Positions 20,605 to 31,800 of a stretch of 64,000 nt of DNA are shown here, piece after piece. Origin of the DNA: Candidatus Omnitrophota bacterium. Lineage in GTDB: Bacteria > Omnitrophota > Gorgyraeia > Gygaellales > Profunditerraquicolaceae. The stretch lies in NCBI GenBank assembly GCA_041650295.1, contig JBAZLM010000003.1:66933-130932 (forward strand), in the 5' to 3' direction. A model generated the notes under the pieces. That model was not told where the DNA came from. It saw nothing but the letters and a program-made list of their open reading frames with translations, and searched no databases. A program made the position numbers and the translations under genes. How positions within the stretch are numbered: the stretch's first letter is position 1; each line of letters opens with the position of its first letter.

Positions 20605-20781
20605 GGCTTTTGCTGAAGGCACATTAGAAGATTTTCGGCAACTGTGTACAAGCCTGTCCTCCGCAGGAGGAGAATTACGTCGAGTGAAGGCGGTGTCCAT
20701 CTAGCGTAAGGAAGAAAGCCGTAGCCAGACGTAAGCCGCAGCAGGCGGCGAAAATCTTCGTGCCGAAGCGAAAGCCGGAAA
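20605..20781 (+). ncRNA. GC-rich structured non-coding element, copy A (unknown family)
   Basis: No ORF. GC content is higher than the flanking DNA. It is about 85% identical to the reverse complement of 47099-47270. A long-range complementary pair gattttcg / cgaaaatc is present. An extra hairpin, tcctccgcaggagga, occurs only in this copy. Confidence 0.45.
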
Positions 20782-20813
20782 GCTTAGGCAGGACCCGCGT
20801 AGACGAAATAAAA

Positions 20814-23212
20814 TTATATAACGATATTAACGAGTTTCTGGGGGACGATGATAATTTTCTTCGGGGACTTTCCTTCAAACCAAGGAATTAATTTTTCATC
20901 TTGCTGAATCAACTCTTTAAGCTTTTCTTCAGAGATATTACGCTCAACAGAAATTTTACTACGCACTTTTCCATTAACTTGAATTACTAACTCTACAGTT
21001 TCTTCCACCAATAATGCCGGATCAAATTTTGGCCAACTAGCTTTAAAAATACTTTCCTTATTACCCAAAATTTCCCAAAGCTCCTCGGCAAAATGCGGCA
21101 CAATCGGACTCAGCATAATTACAAGAGTTGAAAATATCTGCTTATTGGCACCAGTTTGATAAATAACATTGGTTAACTCCATGAGACTAGCAATCGCGGT
21201 ATTAAATTTAAATTCGCTGTAATCCTGGCTGACTTTTTTTATTGCTTTATGCAAACTCTTTAAAGCTTGCGGATCTACTTGATCCTTTAAATTTTCCTGA
21301 ATTCTCCAAACCCGGTTTAAAAATTTAAACGACCCCTCTAACCCACGCTCATCCCACTCAAGTTCAGTCTCCGGAGGAGCCGCAAATAAAATAAACAAAC
21401 GCAGGGCATCCGCGCCGTAATTTTTAATCATTGAATCCGGATCAACGATATTGCCCTTAGACTTAGACATTACCTCGCCATCTTTTAAAACCATACCTTG
21501 AGTAAGCAATTTATTAAACGGCTCGCTAAAATCAATCAACTTTAAATCTTGGAAAAATTTCGTAAAGAATCTCGAGTACAACAAGTGCAAAATCGCATGC
21601 TCAATTCCACCAATATATTGATCAACCGTCATCCAATATTTAGCTTCTTGAACATCAAACGGTGCCTCATTAAATTTAGGCGAGCAAAATCTTAAAAAAT
21701 ACAGGAAGAATCAAAAAAAGTAGCCATCGTGTCAGTTTCTCGACGAGCTTTGCCCTTACATTTAGGACAATTAACTTCCACAAATGCTTTAACTTTATTT
21801 AACGGACTTCCCCCTTCCCCAGTAAAGGGTGCATCAGCAGGTAATTCAACCGGTAAATCTTGATAAGGGACTGGCACAATTCCACAAGTCGGACAATAAA
21901 TCATCGGAATCGGTGTACCCCAATAGCGTTGACGAGAGATTAACCAATCACGTAAGCGCCAATGGGTTTGAATTTTACCAATTTTTTTAGCCTCCATCCA
22001 TTGCGCAATTTTATTTTTAGCTTCTTGATTATTTAATCCATCAAACTCACCAGAATTTATCTGTAGGCCATCACCTTCATAAGCTTGAGTTAAATCTTGT
22101 GCAGATTTTAAAGTTCCCTCTTTAGGCGAGATAACCAAACGCAGCGGTAATTTATGCTCTTTAGCAAAAAGAAAATCACGTTGATCATGTGTGGGTACGG
22201 CCATAATGGCTCCGGTGCCATACTCCATCAACACATAATCAGCAATCCAAATCGGAACCTTTTCGTTATTTACCGGATTAATTGCAAAACTACCGGTAAA
22301 TACCCCTTCTTTCTTAACATCAGAAGCCGCACGTACAACTTTACTTTCCGCCGCCACTTTTTTAATAAAAGCTAGCGCTGCCTTTTCCTCAGGTCTACCT
22401 TTAATTAAATCTTTAACTAATGGATGCTCCGGAGCTAAAACAATATAGGTAGCCCCAAAGATTGTATCCACACGCGTAGTAAATACGGAGATTACCGTAT
22501 CACTATTTTCTAATTTAAAATAAATATCCACCCCGCTGCTTTTGCCAATCCAATTATTTTGCATGGCTAAAACTCGCGGTGGCCAATTGACTAATTTTTC
22601 TAAATCTTCTAATAATCGTTCCTTATATTCAGTGATTTTTAAATACCACTGCTCTAAATCTTTTTGCTCAACCTTAGTATGACAGCGCCAACACTCTCCA
22701 TCGATTACCTCTTCATTGGCCAAAGTGGTCTGACAGCTAGTACACCAATTTACCCCCGAAGCTTTACGATAAGCCAGGCCGCGTTCAAACATCTTTAAAA
22801 AAATCCACTGGTTCCATTTATAATAATCACTCTGACAGGTGGAGACTTCCCTTTCCCAATCATAAGAAAAACCCATTTTCTTTAATTCGGTTTCCATCTC
22901 TTTAATACATTTATGCGTCCAATCAGCAGGCTTAGTTTTATTTTTTATCGCCGCATTCTCCGCCGGCTGGCCAAAAGCATCAAAACCCATCGGATGCATT
23001 ACATTGTAACCTTCTAAAGTTTTAAAACGGCTAGCTACATCGCCAATCGTATAATTGCGCACATGACCCATGTGAATTTTTCCCGACGGATACGGAAACA
23101 TCTCTAGCAGATAATATTTTTTGCGCGCTAGATCAGCTTGCGCCCGAAAAGCAGAACTATCCTGCCAAATTTTCTGCCACTTATTTTCTATTGTTTTAGG
23201 ATCATATTGCAT
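20814..23212 (-). pseudogene. leuS: Leucyl-tRNA synthetase disrupted by a 1-bp frameshift near 21700
   Basis: Two adjacent ORFs, 21692-23212 and 20814-21632, match the LeuS N- and C-terminal halves. Shifting +1 at tcctg^tatttt restores [39 protein letters not shown]. Confidence 0.85.
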
Positions 23213-23213
23213 T

Positions 23214-24062
23214 TTATTTAACCGCCAATTTTTTAACTAATGCTAAATTTTCTTGATCACTTTTTTCCGTAGTTTTAGGTGTCTCTAAGATCATCGGGAT
23301 TTTCTTTAACTTAGGATGATTAATAATTCTTTTCATCCCGGCCATGCCGATATGGCCTTTGCCAATATGGTCATGACGATCGTGATGGCTGCCCAATTCT
23401 GCGGCCGCATCATTAAGATGAATGAGTTTAATCAATTTTGTTCCCACCAACTCTTCAATCTCAGTCATCATTTTATCTAAACCGTCTTTGGTCGATAAAT
23501 TATAACCAGCCAGATAAGCATGCGCCGTATCTAAACACAAACCTACGCGCGATTTATCCTTTATCCCTTTAAGAATTTTTTGCTGATGATAGAAACGATA
23601 ACCCAGCCAAGATCCGCTACCGGAAGTGTTTTCTAATAAGATTCCCACCTTAGAACCCTTAGTTTTTTCTAAAATTATATTCAAAGCCTCAATTAATCTT
23701 TTAATCCCGGCGTCCTCAGATGTCTCCTTATGACTACCCATGTGCGTAACAATATAATCAGCTCCTAATCGATCAGCCTCTTGAATATCCTCAATATAAG
23801 CCTGAATGGAACCACGATACAAACGCACATCTGGAGAAGCTAAATTAATCAGATAAGATATATGAATAAAAACCGGATTAATTTTATATTTTTTACGACG
23901 AGCGATAAACTCTTGGATGTCTTCCGCAGCAATCTGATTACCCTTACGCCAAGATTGCGGTGGCCGGCTAAAGATCTGCATCGTATCGGCACCTAAGTGA
24001 TGGGCGATATCTAATGCCTGATAAATTTTACCCGCTGCGGAAACATGTGCGCCTAGAATCAT
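23214..24062 (-). CDS. nfo: Endonuclease IV (AP endonuclease family 2)
   Basis: 282 aa. TIM-barrel AP endonuclease motifs are present (LGADTMQIF, LENTSGSG, HLNDA). Confidence 0.85.
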   Translation of the reverse strand: MILGAHVSAAGKIYQALDIAHHLGADTMQIFSRPPQSWRKGNQIAAEDIQEFIARRKKYKINPVFIHISYLINLASPDVRLYRGSIQAYIEDIQEADRLGADYIVTHMGSHKETSEDAGIKRLIEALNIILEKTKGSKVGILLENTSGSGSWLGYRFYHQQKILKGIKDKSRVGLCLDTAHAYLAGYNLSTKDGLDKMMTEIEELVGTKLIKLIHLNDAAAELGSHHDRHDHIGKGHIGMAGMKRIINHPKLKKIPMILETPKTTEKSDQENLALVKKLAVK

Positions 24063-24214
24063 AATGTTTAGATTATACCCTTTCCTAAAATAAGCGTCAA
24101 TAGCTTATCCACAACTAACTAAAATTATTTAATAGAAATTTTTTATAAATAAGAGTTCTATGGCTTGAAAATTTTAAATTTAAAGATATAATAAGCTCAA
24201 TAAAGGAAACTTAA

Positions 24215-25816
24215 ATGTTTAAATTCAAAAAACCAACCATATTAATTATCGATGACGATCCTGCCGTAAGAAGTTACCTTAACGACCTGTTAAAAAGCAA
24301 AGGTTTTCTTACCTACTTGGCTAGCGATGGCCAGGAAGCTTTAGAAAAAATAAAAAAATTAAAAATCCAGATTGTCCTCTGTGATATTAAAATGCCTAAA
24401 CTTAACGGCATTGACTTTCTTAAAGCTACTCATAAATTAAACTTAAATGTGCAGGTAACCATTATGACCGGAGTTTATGATTTAGAGAGCTGCAATGAAG
24501 CAGTAAAATACGCCATTTGCGGTTACTTGATTAAACCTTTCTCAAGCGAAGAACTAATGAAATCCATAACTCTAGCCCAACGCAATATTCTAGAGAAGCA
24601 CGAAACCACTAAACACGCCATGGGCCAGCTCAAAGAAGGAAAACATAAATACATCTTGAGCAATATTTTAAAAAAAATTTATTTGGCGATCCCTTTAACT
24701 TTATTACTTTGCGCAATTCTAGTTCCTTTAGTTAATTTTGTCCCCTTCTCAGGAAACTTAAGATGCGGCATTTACGACCAGCTGCAAAAGACAGAAAACA
24801 TCCTCAAAGGCCCACCTGAGCAAATTAACCAAATTGTTTTAGTGCTCATCGATAATCAAACTATCGAAAAAATTTCTCAAAGCTGGCCATATCCGCGTTC
24901 AGTATTTGCACAAGTAATCAAAAATATTAAGGCAGCTAACCCAAAGATAATTGCCCTAGACTTTACTTTTATCGGCAACTCTGATCCTAAAGAAGATGAC
25001 TATCTCAAAGAAGAACTTTCTGGCGGCCAGCCGATAATTTTAGGCTACGGGATTGATGAAGCTAGTAAGATTAATTTCTCTACCTTGCCCCAAATTACTT
25101 CAGTAACTTCCTCAGGATTTGTTAATTCATTACAAGATCATGACGGGGTAGCCCGTCGAGGATTAACTTATCTTAAAAGTGAAAACAATCCTAAGCTCTG
25201 GTTTCTTTCTTGGGAGATGCAAGTATTAAAAACAATCAAGGGAATCAACTACTCTACTTTTATAGACGACAAAACTACTATCTCCTTTAAAAACAGCGCT
25301 CAAGAAGAATGGGAGATTCCGGTTGATCCACAATCAAGTTCATTTCTCATCCGTTTTCGCGCTAAAACTGAAGACTTCAAACAACTTTCTTTTGTACAAG
25401 TTCTAAATCACAACTTTAACCCTCTAGATTTAAAAGATAAGATTGTCTTTTTAGGAATTAACTCTACTTTGTTAGGTGATTACCAAAATGTGCCGATTGG
25501 TAAAGTCCCTGGAATAATCTTAAAAGCTAACTCTTTTTTAACACTTTATGCACATAATTTTTTAAAAATTGCGCCAGTGGCATTACGCTTAGGATTTCTG
25601 ATTTTAGGAATATTTTTAATGGTCTTAGCTTTCTTTTTCCTTAAAAATTGGAGAAGGGCCGCAGTGGCGGGGTTACTGGTGTTTTTATTTTTCATTTTAA
25701 GCTATGTGTTTTTTAGCTTTGGTCTAATTTGGAACTACGCAGTTTTCCCTAGTGTATTGGTATTAACTTACTTACTCTTATCCGCTACACAAAATATCTG
25801 GAAGTTTCCGGCTTAA
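24215..25816 (+). CDS. Receiver domain fused to CHASE2 sensor domain membrane protein
   Basis: N-terminal receiver domain (ILIIDDD ... CDIKMP ... K), then a TM segment, then a CHASE2-like segment (VLVLIDNQTIEKISQSWPYPRSVFA ... ALDFTF), then C-terminal TM helices. No output domain is present. Confidence 0.6.
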   Translation: MFKFKKPTILIIDDDPAVRSYLNDLLKSKGFLTYLASDGQEALEKIKKLKIQIVLCDIKMPKLNGIDFLKATHKLNLNVQVTIMTGVYDLESCNEAVKYAICGYLIKPFSSEELMKSITLAQRNILEKHETTKHAMGQLKEGKHKYILSNILKKIYLAIPLTLLLCAILVPLVNFVPFSGNLRCGIYDQLQKTENILKGPPEQINQIVLVLIDNQTIEKISQSWPYPRSVFAQVIKNIKAANPKIIALDFTFIGNSDPKEDDYLKEELSGGQPIILGYGIDEASKINFSTLPQITSVTSSGFVNSLQDHDGVARRGLTYLKSENNPKLWFLSWEMQVLKTIKGINYSTFIDDKTTISFKNSAQEEWEIPVDPQSSSFLIRFRAKTEDFKQLSFVQVLNHNFNPLDLKDKIVFLGINSTLLGDYQNVPIGKVPGIILKANSFLTLYAHNFLKIAPVALRLGFLILGIFLMVLAFFFLKNWRRAAVAGLLVFLFFILSYVFFSFGLIWNYAVFPSVLVLTYLLLSATQNIWKFPA

Positions 25817-28800
25817 TTAAAGACTTCCTGATCGGTTGATTTTTTATCTTGTTGAAGATTAGGTTTAGCCAACGGCTTTTCTGCGCCTAAAGGAATCACT
25901 CCCATCCCACCCGGAGGAATAATCCCGCTACCATGAGGAAACATCAAACGATTGGTAATTTCAGGGCTTTGATTTGAGATAAAATTTTGCTTTGAATACG
26001 AAAGATTGGAAACATCCGCAATGACTGGCATTGTCACAGGCAAAATCGCCGGGTTCACAAAGACTGGAGTGACCCCCATAGGAATAATTAATGGTGCGCT
26101 AACCGGAATGGGCATGGCCATTGGCACAGCAGGGACTACCCCAGTAGAAATAAACACAGGAACAGAGATATTTAAAGGTGTTGGTAAATTACTAACATAT
26201 AAGACACTTTCGCCTTGCATAATGGTTAAAGATTGATTAATCGCCAATGATCCGGGTTGATAGGTGATGGCATAATTACTCAAACCTGTTCCCTCTGCAG
26301 CGCTAGCAACGATACTATAAGGTGATTGATTAACCCCGGCACTGGCGGCAGCACCAGAGCTAGTTAAAGTTACGCTAGAGATTAGATCACTATTAATTAA
26401 TCCGCTGGAAGTAAACTCTGTTCCCGTAAAATTTAAATTATCGCCAAAAGTTTTAGTAACATTATCGGCGGTAATGGTTAAAGGTTTAGTAGTAATGGTT
26501 AGATTAGCTCCAACAAAATTAATTGAATAGTTGCTACCTGCAGATAAAGTGCCTTGATTAATCGCATAAGGACCAGCAGTAACAGTTTCGCCAGCGGCAC
26601 GCGCTAATGCGCCAGTAAATGAAATCGCTTCACTAGGTGTATAAGTAAATATCGGATCCACTGCACCGTAAACTTTGGTTTGAGCATCTGCAATCACGGT
26701 TACCGATTTAGGAGCAATAGTAAAATTAGCCGAAACAAAAGTAATGTCATAATTAGTACCAGCAGTTAAAGTTCCTTGATTAATGGCGTAACTACCGACG
26801 TCAGTACCAGCAGCGCGGCTTAAAGCACCAGAATAAGTATCTAAACCAACTAAGGTATCCGCAGTATAAGTAAAGACTGGATCAGCCGCTCCATAAACTT
26901 TAGATTGTCCGGCATTAGCCGTAACAGTTACCGGCTTAGCACTGATGGTTAAGTTGGCCGGAACAAAAGTAATTGTATAATTGCTGCCCGCAGTTAAGGT
27001 TCCCTGACCAATAGCATAATCGCCAACATTCGTGCCAACAGCGCGAGTTAATGCGCCAGTGTAAACGTCCTCACCCACTAAAGCAGTAGCGGTATAAGTT
27101 AAAGTTGGATCGCTAGCACCATAGACTTTGGTTTGAGCGTTAGCGGTAACGGTCACGGGTTTAGTATTAACAGTTAAAGACCCATTCTCATAAACAATAT
27201 TATAGTTGCTTAATCCTGTTCCCACTGCATCGCTAGGAACAATGCTATAGCTATTTACATTTGCACCTGAAGCTGCACCGACGCTAGTTAAAGTAACACT
27301 GTTTAAAGTATCCGAACCGACTAATCCTACTGCTGTAAATTCAGTTCCGGCAAAAGTTAAGGTTGAGCCATAAATCTTACTAGCGCTATTAGCCGTAATC
27401 GTCAAAGTTGGCTTAATCGCGCTGGTAATTACATTAAAAACGCCTGTGCCGATTGTAAAATATACATCATTTTCATGCGTTGCTCCCGAGCCGGTAATTC
27501 CCCAGGTTCCGTTAACTTGACCAATTTCGCCTAAAGTAAGCATATCAATACTAATCTCTGCCCCATCAGCAATATTAACTTGCGCTCCTGAAGCAATCGA
27601 TAAATTACCAACCACTATTGTGTCGCTGTATATATTAAATACGCAATTACCGGTTAAAATTAAATTAGCATTATAAGTGGCTGGAAATACATCTTGCTCA
27701 GTAACACCAATATATTCAACATCGCCATTAAATGTGCCACCAATAATTACGCCATTGTTAACAATCTCCCCATTAAATATGCCGCCAAGAATATACATAT
27801 TATTAACAACCTCTGCATTAAATGTACCATCAAGAATTGCTCCGTTATTAATAATTGCGGCATTAAATGTACCACTGGCAAGCGGAGCAATGCTATTAAT
27901 TGTGCCATTATATGTTCCAGCGGCGATACCGTAATAATTATCAATATGGGCGCTAAAAGTACCCTCACCAATTAAAGCGAAATTTCCAAACTCTACCGTA
28001 TAATCCGGAACCGTTTCTTGCACCACCCCATTAACGCTCCAGTTACTTGGAACAGTCGGACTGGCAAACCAACCGGTAAATACCGGAACCAAATGTTTGT
28101 CCGATCCAACCGGCACCGGAGTTCCTAAAACAATTTGATAAAAGTTCCCTCCGGTAACCGTACCATTATTTGTCACTACACCACTAAATCCACCACCATT
28201 AATTGTACCGTTATTCAAAACCGTACCCGTAAATCCTCCATCATTAATCGTACCATTATTAATTACTGGTCTGGCAACATTAAAAATACCATTTTCCATC
28301 GAATATGAACCCAATGTTTCGATCCCCATCCATTCATTACCTGCGCCTATAGTTAATGTCTTCGTATTGCTAGGAACTAAACCCAGGCCACCGACCGACC
28401 CACTGACCCAAATAAAATCTCCTACATATGCACCATCGCTAACTTCTCCACCGTCATTAATAAATGTGCCCTGAAATATTAATACTATGCCCTCATCATC
28501 AGAAATGCTAACTGAGCCATAATTAGTGACTGTACCATTAAATGTTCCACCTAAAATGGAACCATTATTAGTCAATGTGCCAGCATTAGATGTTCCCTCA
28601 GATGGATAATTTATCTTACCTGCATCAGGAATAGTTAGTGTATCATCACTAACTGGCACTCCATTTCCACCGGAATAATTACCAACATTATTTAAATTAC
28701 CATCCTCTGCACCAGTCCAAGTATAATTATAAGGACCGAGTCCATCATTCTGCACGAAATCGCCATTAATAACTCCGGCCGAAATAATTCCACCAACCTG

Positions 28801-31800
28801 ATTAGTTACCGTTCCAGTAAAAGTGCCACCATTAATCGTGCCATAGTTATCCAGATCCGTAGCGGTGGATCCGCTCATAATCGTTCCGATATTGGCAGCT
28901 TCTCCGGTAGAAGGTAGTACCTCAATTGTGGCTCCGTTTATCGTCCAGTTAGCAGCCACATCTAAATCTCCGCCGTTAAATACCGGAACAGCAGATTTAT
29001 CTATTCCACCGCCAATATCCCCATCAACACTCTGGTAAAAATTTCCGCCGGCAATAGCGCCAGTATTAGTAACCACGCCAAAAAACACACCATCCTCAAT
29101 GTCAGCTATATTAATAACCGGACCGTCAAAAATTCCTCCGGAAATTGTACCAGCATTAATCAGCTGATCGCTGTCATAAGTTTCACCACCAAGTTCATAG
29201 CTACCACCCATAACCTGATTATTAAATGTACCGCCGGATATCATTCCCACATTAGCAATCAAACCATTAAATTCTCCTGAATAAATATAACCAGCATTAT
29301 AAATTAGACCGCTAATCTCTCCTCCATCAATAATATTATAGTTGAAAAAATATTCACCTGAATATGACCCACCAGTAATTATGCCGGAATTAGCAACTTC
29401 TGCCTCATCTATAGGTAATGCTGATAATGGCTCACCATTCACTGACCAATTAGCGGCGACATCTAAATCTCCACCATTAAACACCGGGACATCAGATTTA
29501 TTTGTTCCATCTCCAATGCCATATCCTCCAACAGTCCGATAAAAATTACCACCAGCGATACTACTATTATTAGTAACTACGCCAAAAAATTGACCATCCT
29601 GAATATAATAATTATTGATAACTGTATTATTGAATACGCCATATTGGATATAATAATCATTAGTAACTGCGGCATTAAATACACCGCCGGCTATAAGATA
29701 AGTATTAACCACTGCGGAATTAAATACACCGCCACCAATTGCGATATTATTGGTAACTACGCCATTAAATGTACCGCCAAAAATTAACCCAGTATTAGTC
29801 AGCGCTTGGGCAAATGTACCACCCCAAATGCCCATAAGATTTGTAACTACACCACTAAATGTTCCATCGCCGATCAAGCCAGAGTTGTTAATTATGCCAC
29901 CATATACGCCATTCATAATGGAGCCGTAATTATCAATGCGTACAGAAGTTTGGCCAGCAATAATTACACCGAAATTAGCAAATTCTATTTCCGGCAATAC
30001 CTCTGTTGTATACGAATGACCGTCCATAGTCCAGGACCAGGTATCTGGATTATTTAAATCTCCCTCTTCGGCTGTAAATACCGGAACAGCTGACTTATTA
30101 ATACCGCTCTGGATCCCATTTGCACCAATAACCGTTTGATAAAAATCACCGCCGGTAATTGTACCGTCATTAGTAACTACGCCTAAGAAACCACCACCAG
30201 TAATCGTACCGCTAGGATTATTCAATACCGTATTACTAAACCCACCGCCAGTAATCGTACCATTGTTAGTAACTGGAGCAGAGATTGCGAATTTATTGTT
30301 ACCTAATCCGCTCAAAGAAAATACAGCTCCATCCCAAGTAGCGCCTGAGGCAATAGTTAAAGAAGTAATACCTGCAATATCAATAATAAATTGCGATCCG
30401 CCTTCCCAAATAAAATCTCCAGTAAATGTGGCGCCATAAATATGTCCACTATGAGCAGTAAATTTACCTTTAAAAAATATACCTACCTCTAAATCGTCAG
30501 AAATATTACCATTATTAACAACTTCACCATTAAATATCCCACCGAAAATATTACCGTTATTAGTAGTTAACAAAGCATTGGATGTTCCTGATGATGGATA
30601 ATTTGCTTCATCCCCAAGCCAAGGAATAGTTAATGTATCAGTATTAGTTGGTACCACTTCAGCCACTAATCCACCGCAAGTATAATTGCCTGGTTTACCC
30701 AAATCCCCATCAATTGCCCCCGTCCAAACATAATCTAAATCCCAATTAGAGTTGTTAGTTCCTTTTAACGATAAAGTCATTGGCATAAGATAATTAGCCA
30801 CATTATTACCATCCTGAACGTATATATAGGTAAGATTTACTTTTGTCTGATCAAGAGCATTAACCATCCATTGGCTGCCAGCTTCTGTGGAAGATACACG
30901 GATTAAGTTGCCAGATGCTCCCTCTATTCTTAAGTTGTTCAGAATAGTCTGGGTTTTACCGGCTTCAAATTTGATGATTTTTCCAGGAGTGGTGCAAACT
31001 AAATTATAGAAGGTATTATTACCGCTGATAATGGAAACCTTGCTGGCATCAATAAAGCTTACGGTATAAGTAGCCGCATCAAAGGTTCCGGTCTGGTGAT
31101 TAAAATTACCTCTTAAAGCCAAATCCCGGGCTAAAGTTAAAGTACTGGTATAACCATTTATATTTAAATCATCAATCGTCCCCTGGAAAGCCGCATCCAC
31201 AATAGAATCTTTATTCGGGTTATTTCCAGTGACACCATCAAAGGTAACGATGTCATATTCGGTAGGAGTAGTTCCGGTATCCCAGTTATTTGCATCTGAC
31301 CAGTTATTGGTTGCGCCATTACCAGTCCAGAAAGGATCTAAATCGAGGTTGGTATTATTGCCCAAAGAGCTAGAATGAATGATCTTTAACGGAGGAGCAC
31401 GGATATTTAATAAGTTGCTGACTAAAGCATATTGAATATCGCTCTCTCCTTGTGCATTCAGTGACCATTGTTTTAAAGGATCAATAGAAGTTAAAGTTAA
31501 AAGATTACCGTAGCTTCCTTTTAAGTTTAAGTTATTTAAAATGGCTTGAGGATTTTCAGTGTCAAATCTAACGATTTTACCCGGTTCAGTAACGTTAAAA
31601 TTATAAAAGATATTGGCTCCTAAAACATTGGCATCTTGACTAGAAACTAAATTTACCGTAGAGGTACCAGCATTAAATAAGCCAGAATTGGCCCAATTTC
31701 GGCTAATACTATACTCAGTATTAGCCGCATTCAAAGTCACGCCCTTACCTATATATAAGGATCCGGCAGTTCTGACTTGAGAATTATCCTGTTGATTATA

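Noticed and set aside
20700-20780. SRP RNA (ffs) suggested by an aaggaagaaagcc segment resembling the GGAAGGAAGCAGC domain IV motif
   Set aside because: The match is partial. The flanking helices do not fit the 4.5S consensus. The element is present twice in inverted orientation, which is not expected for ffs.
26006-30057. Plus-strand ORFs 26006-26236, 27677-27975 (three frames) and 29342-30057, antisense to tpsA
   Set aside because: They lie entirely inside the well-supported minus-strand giant gene. They are low-complexity translations created by the internal repeats and have no ribosome-binding sites.
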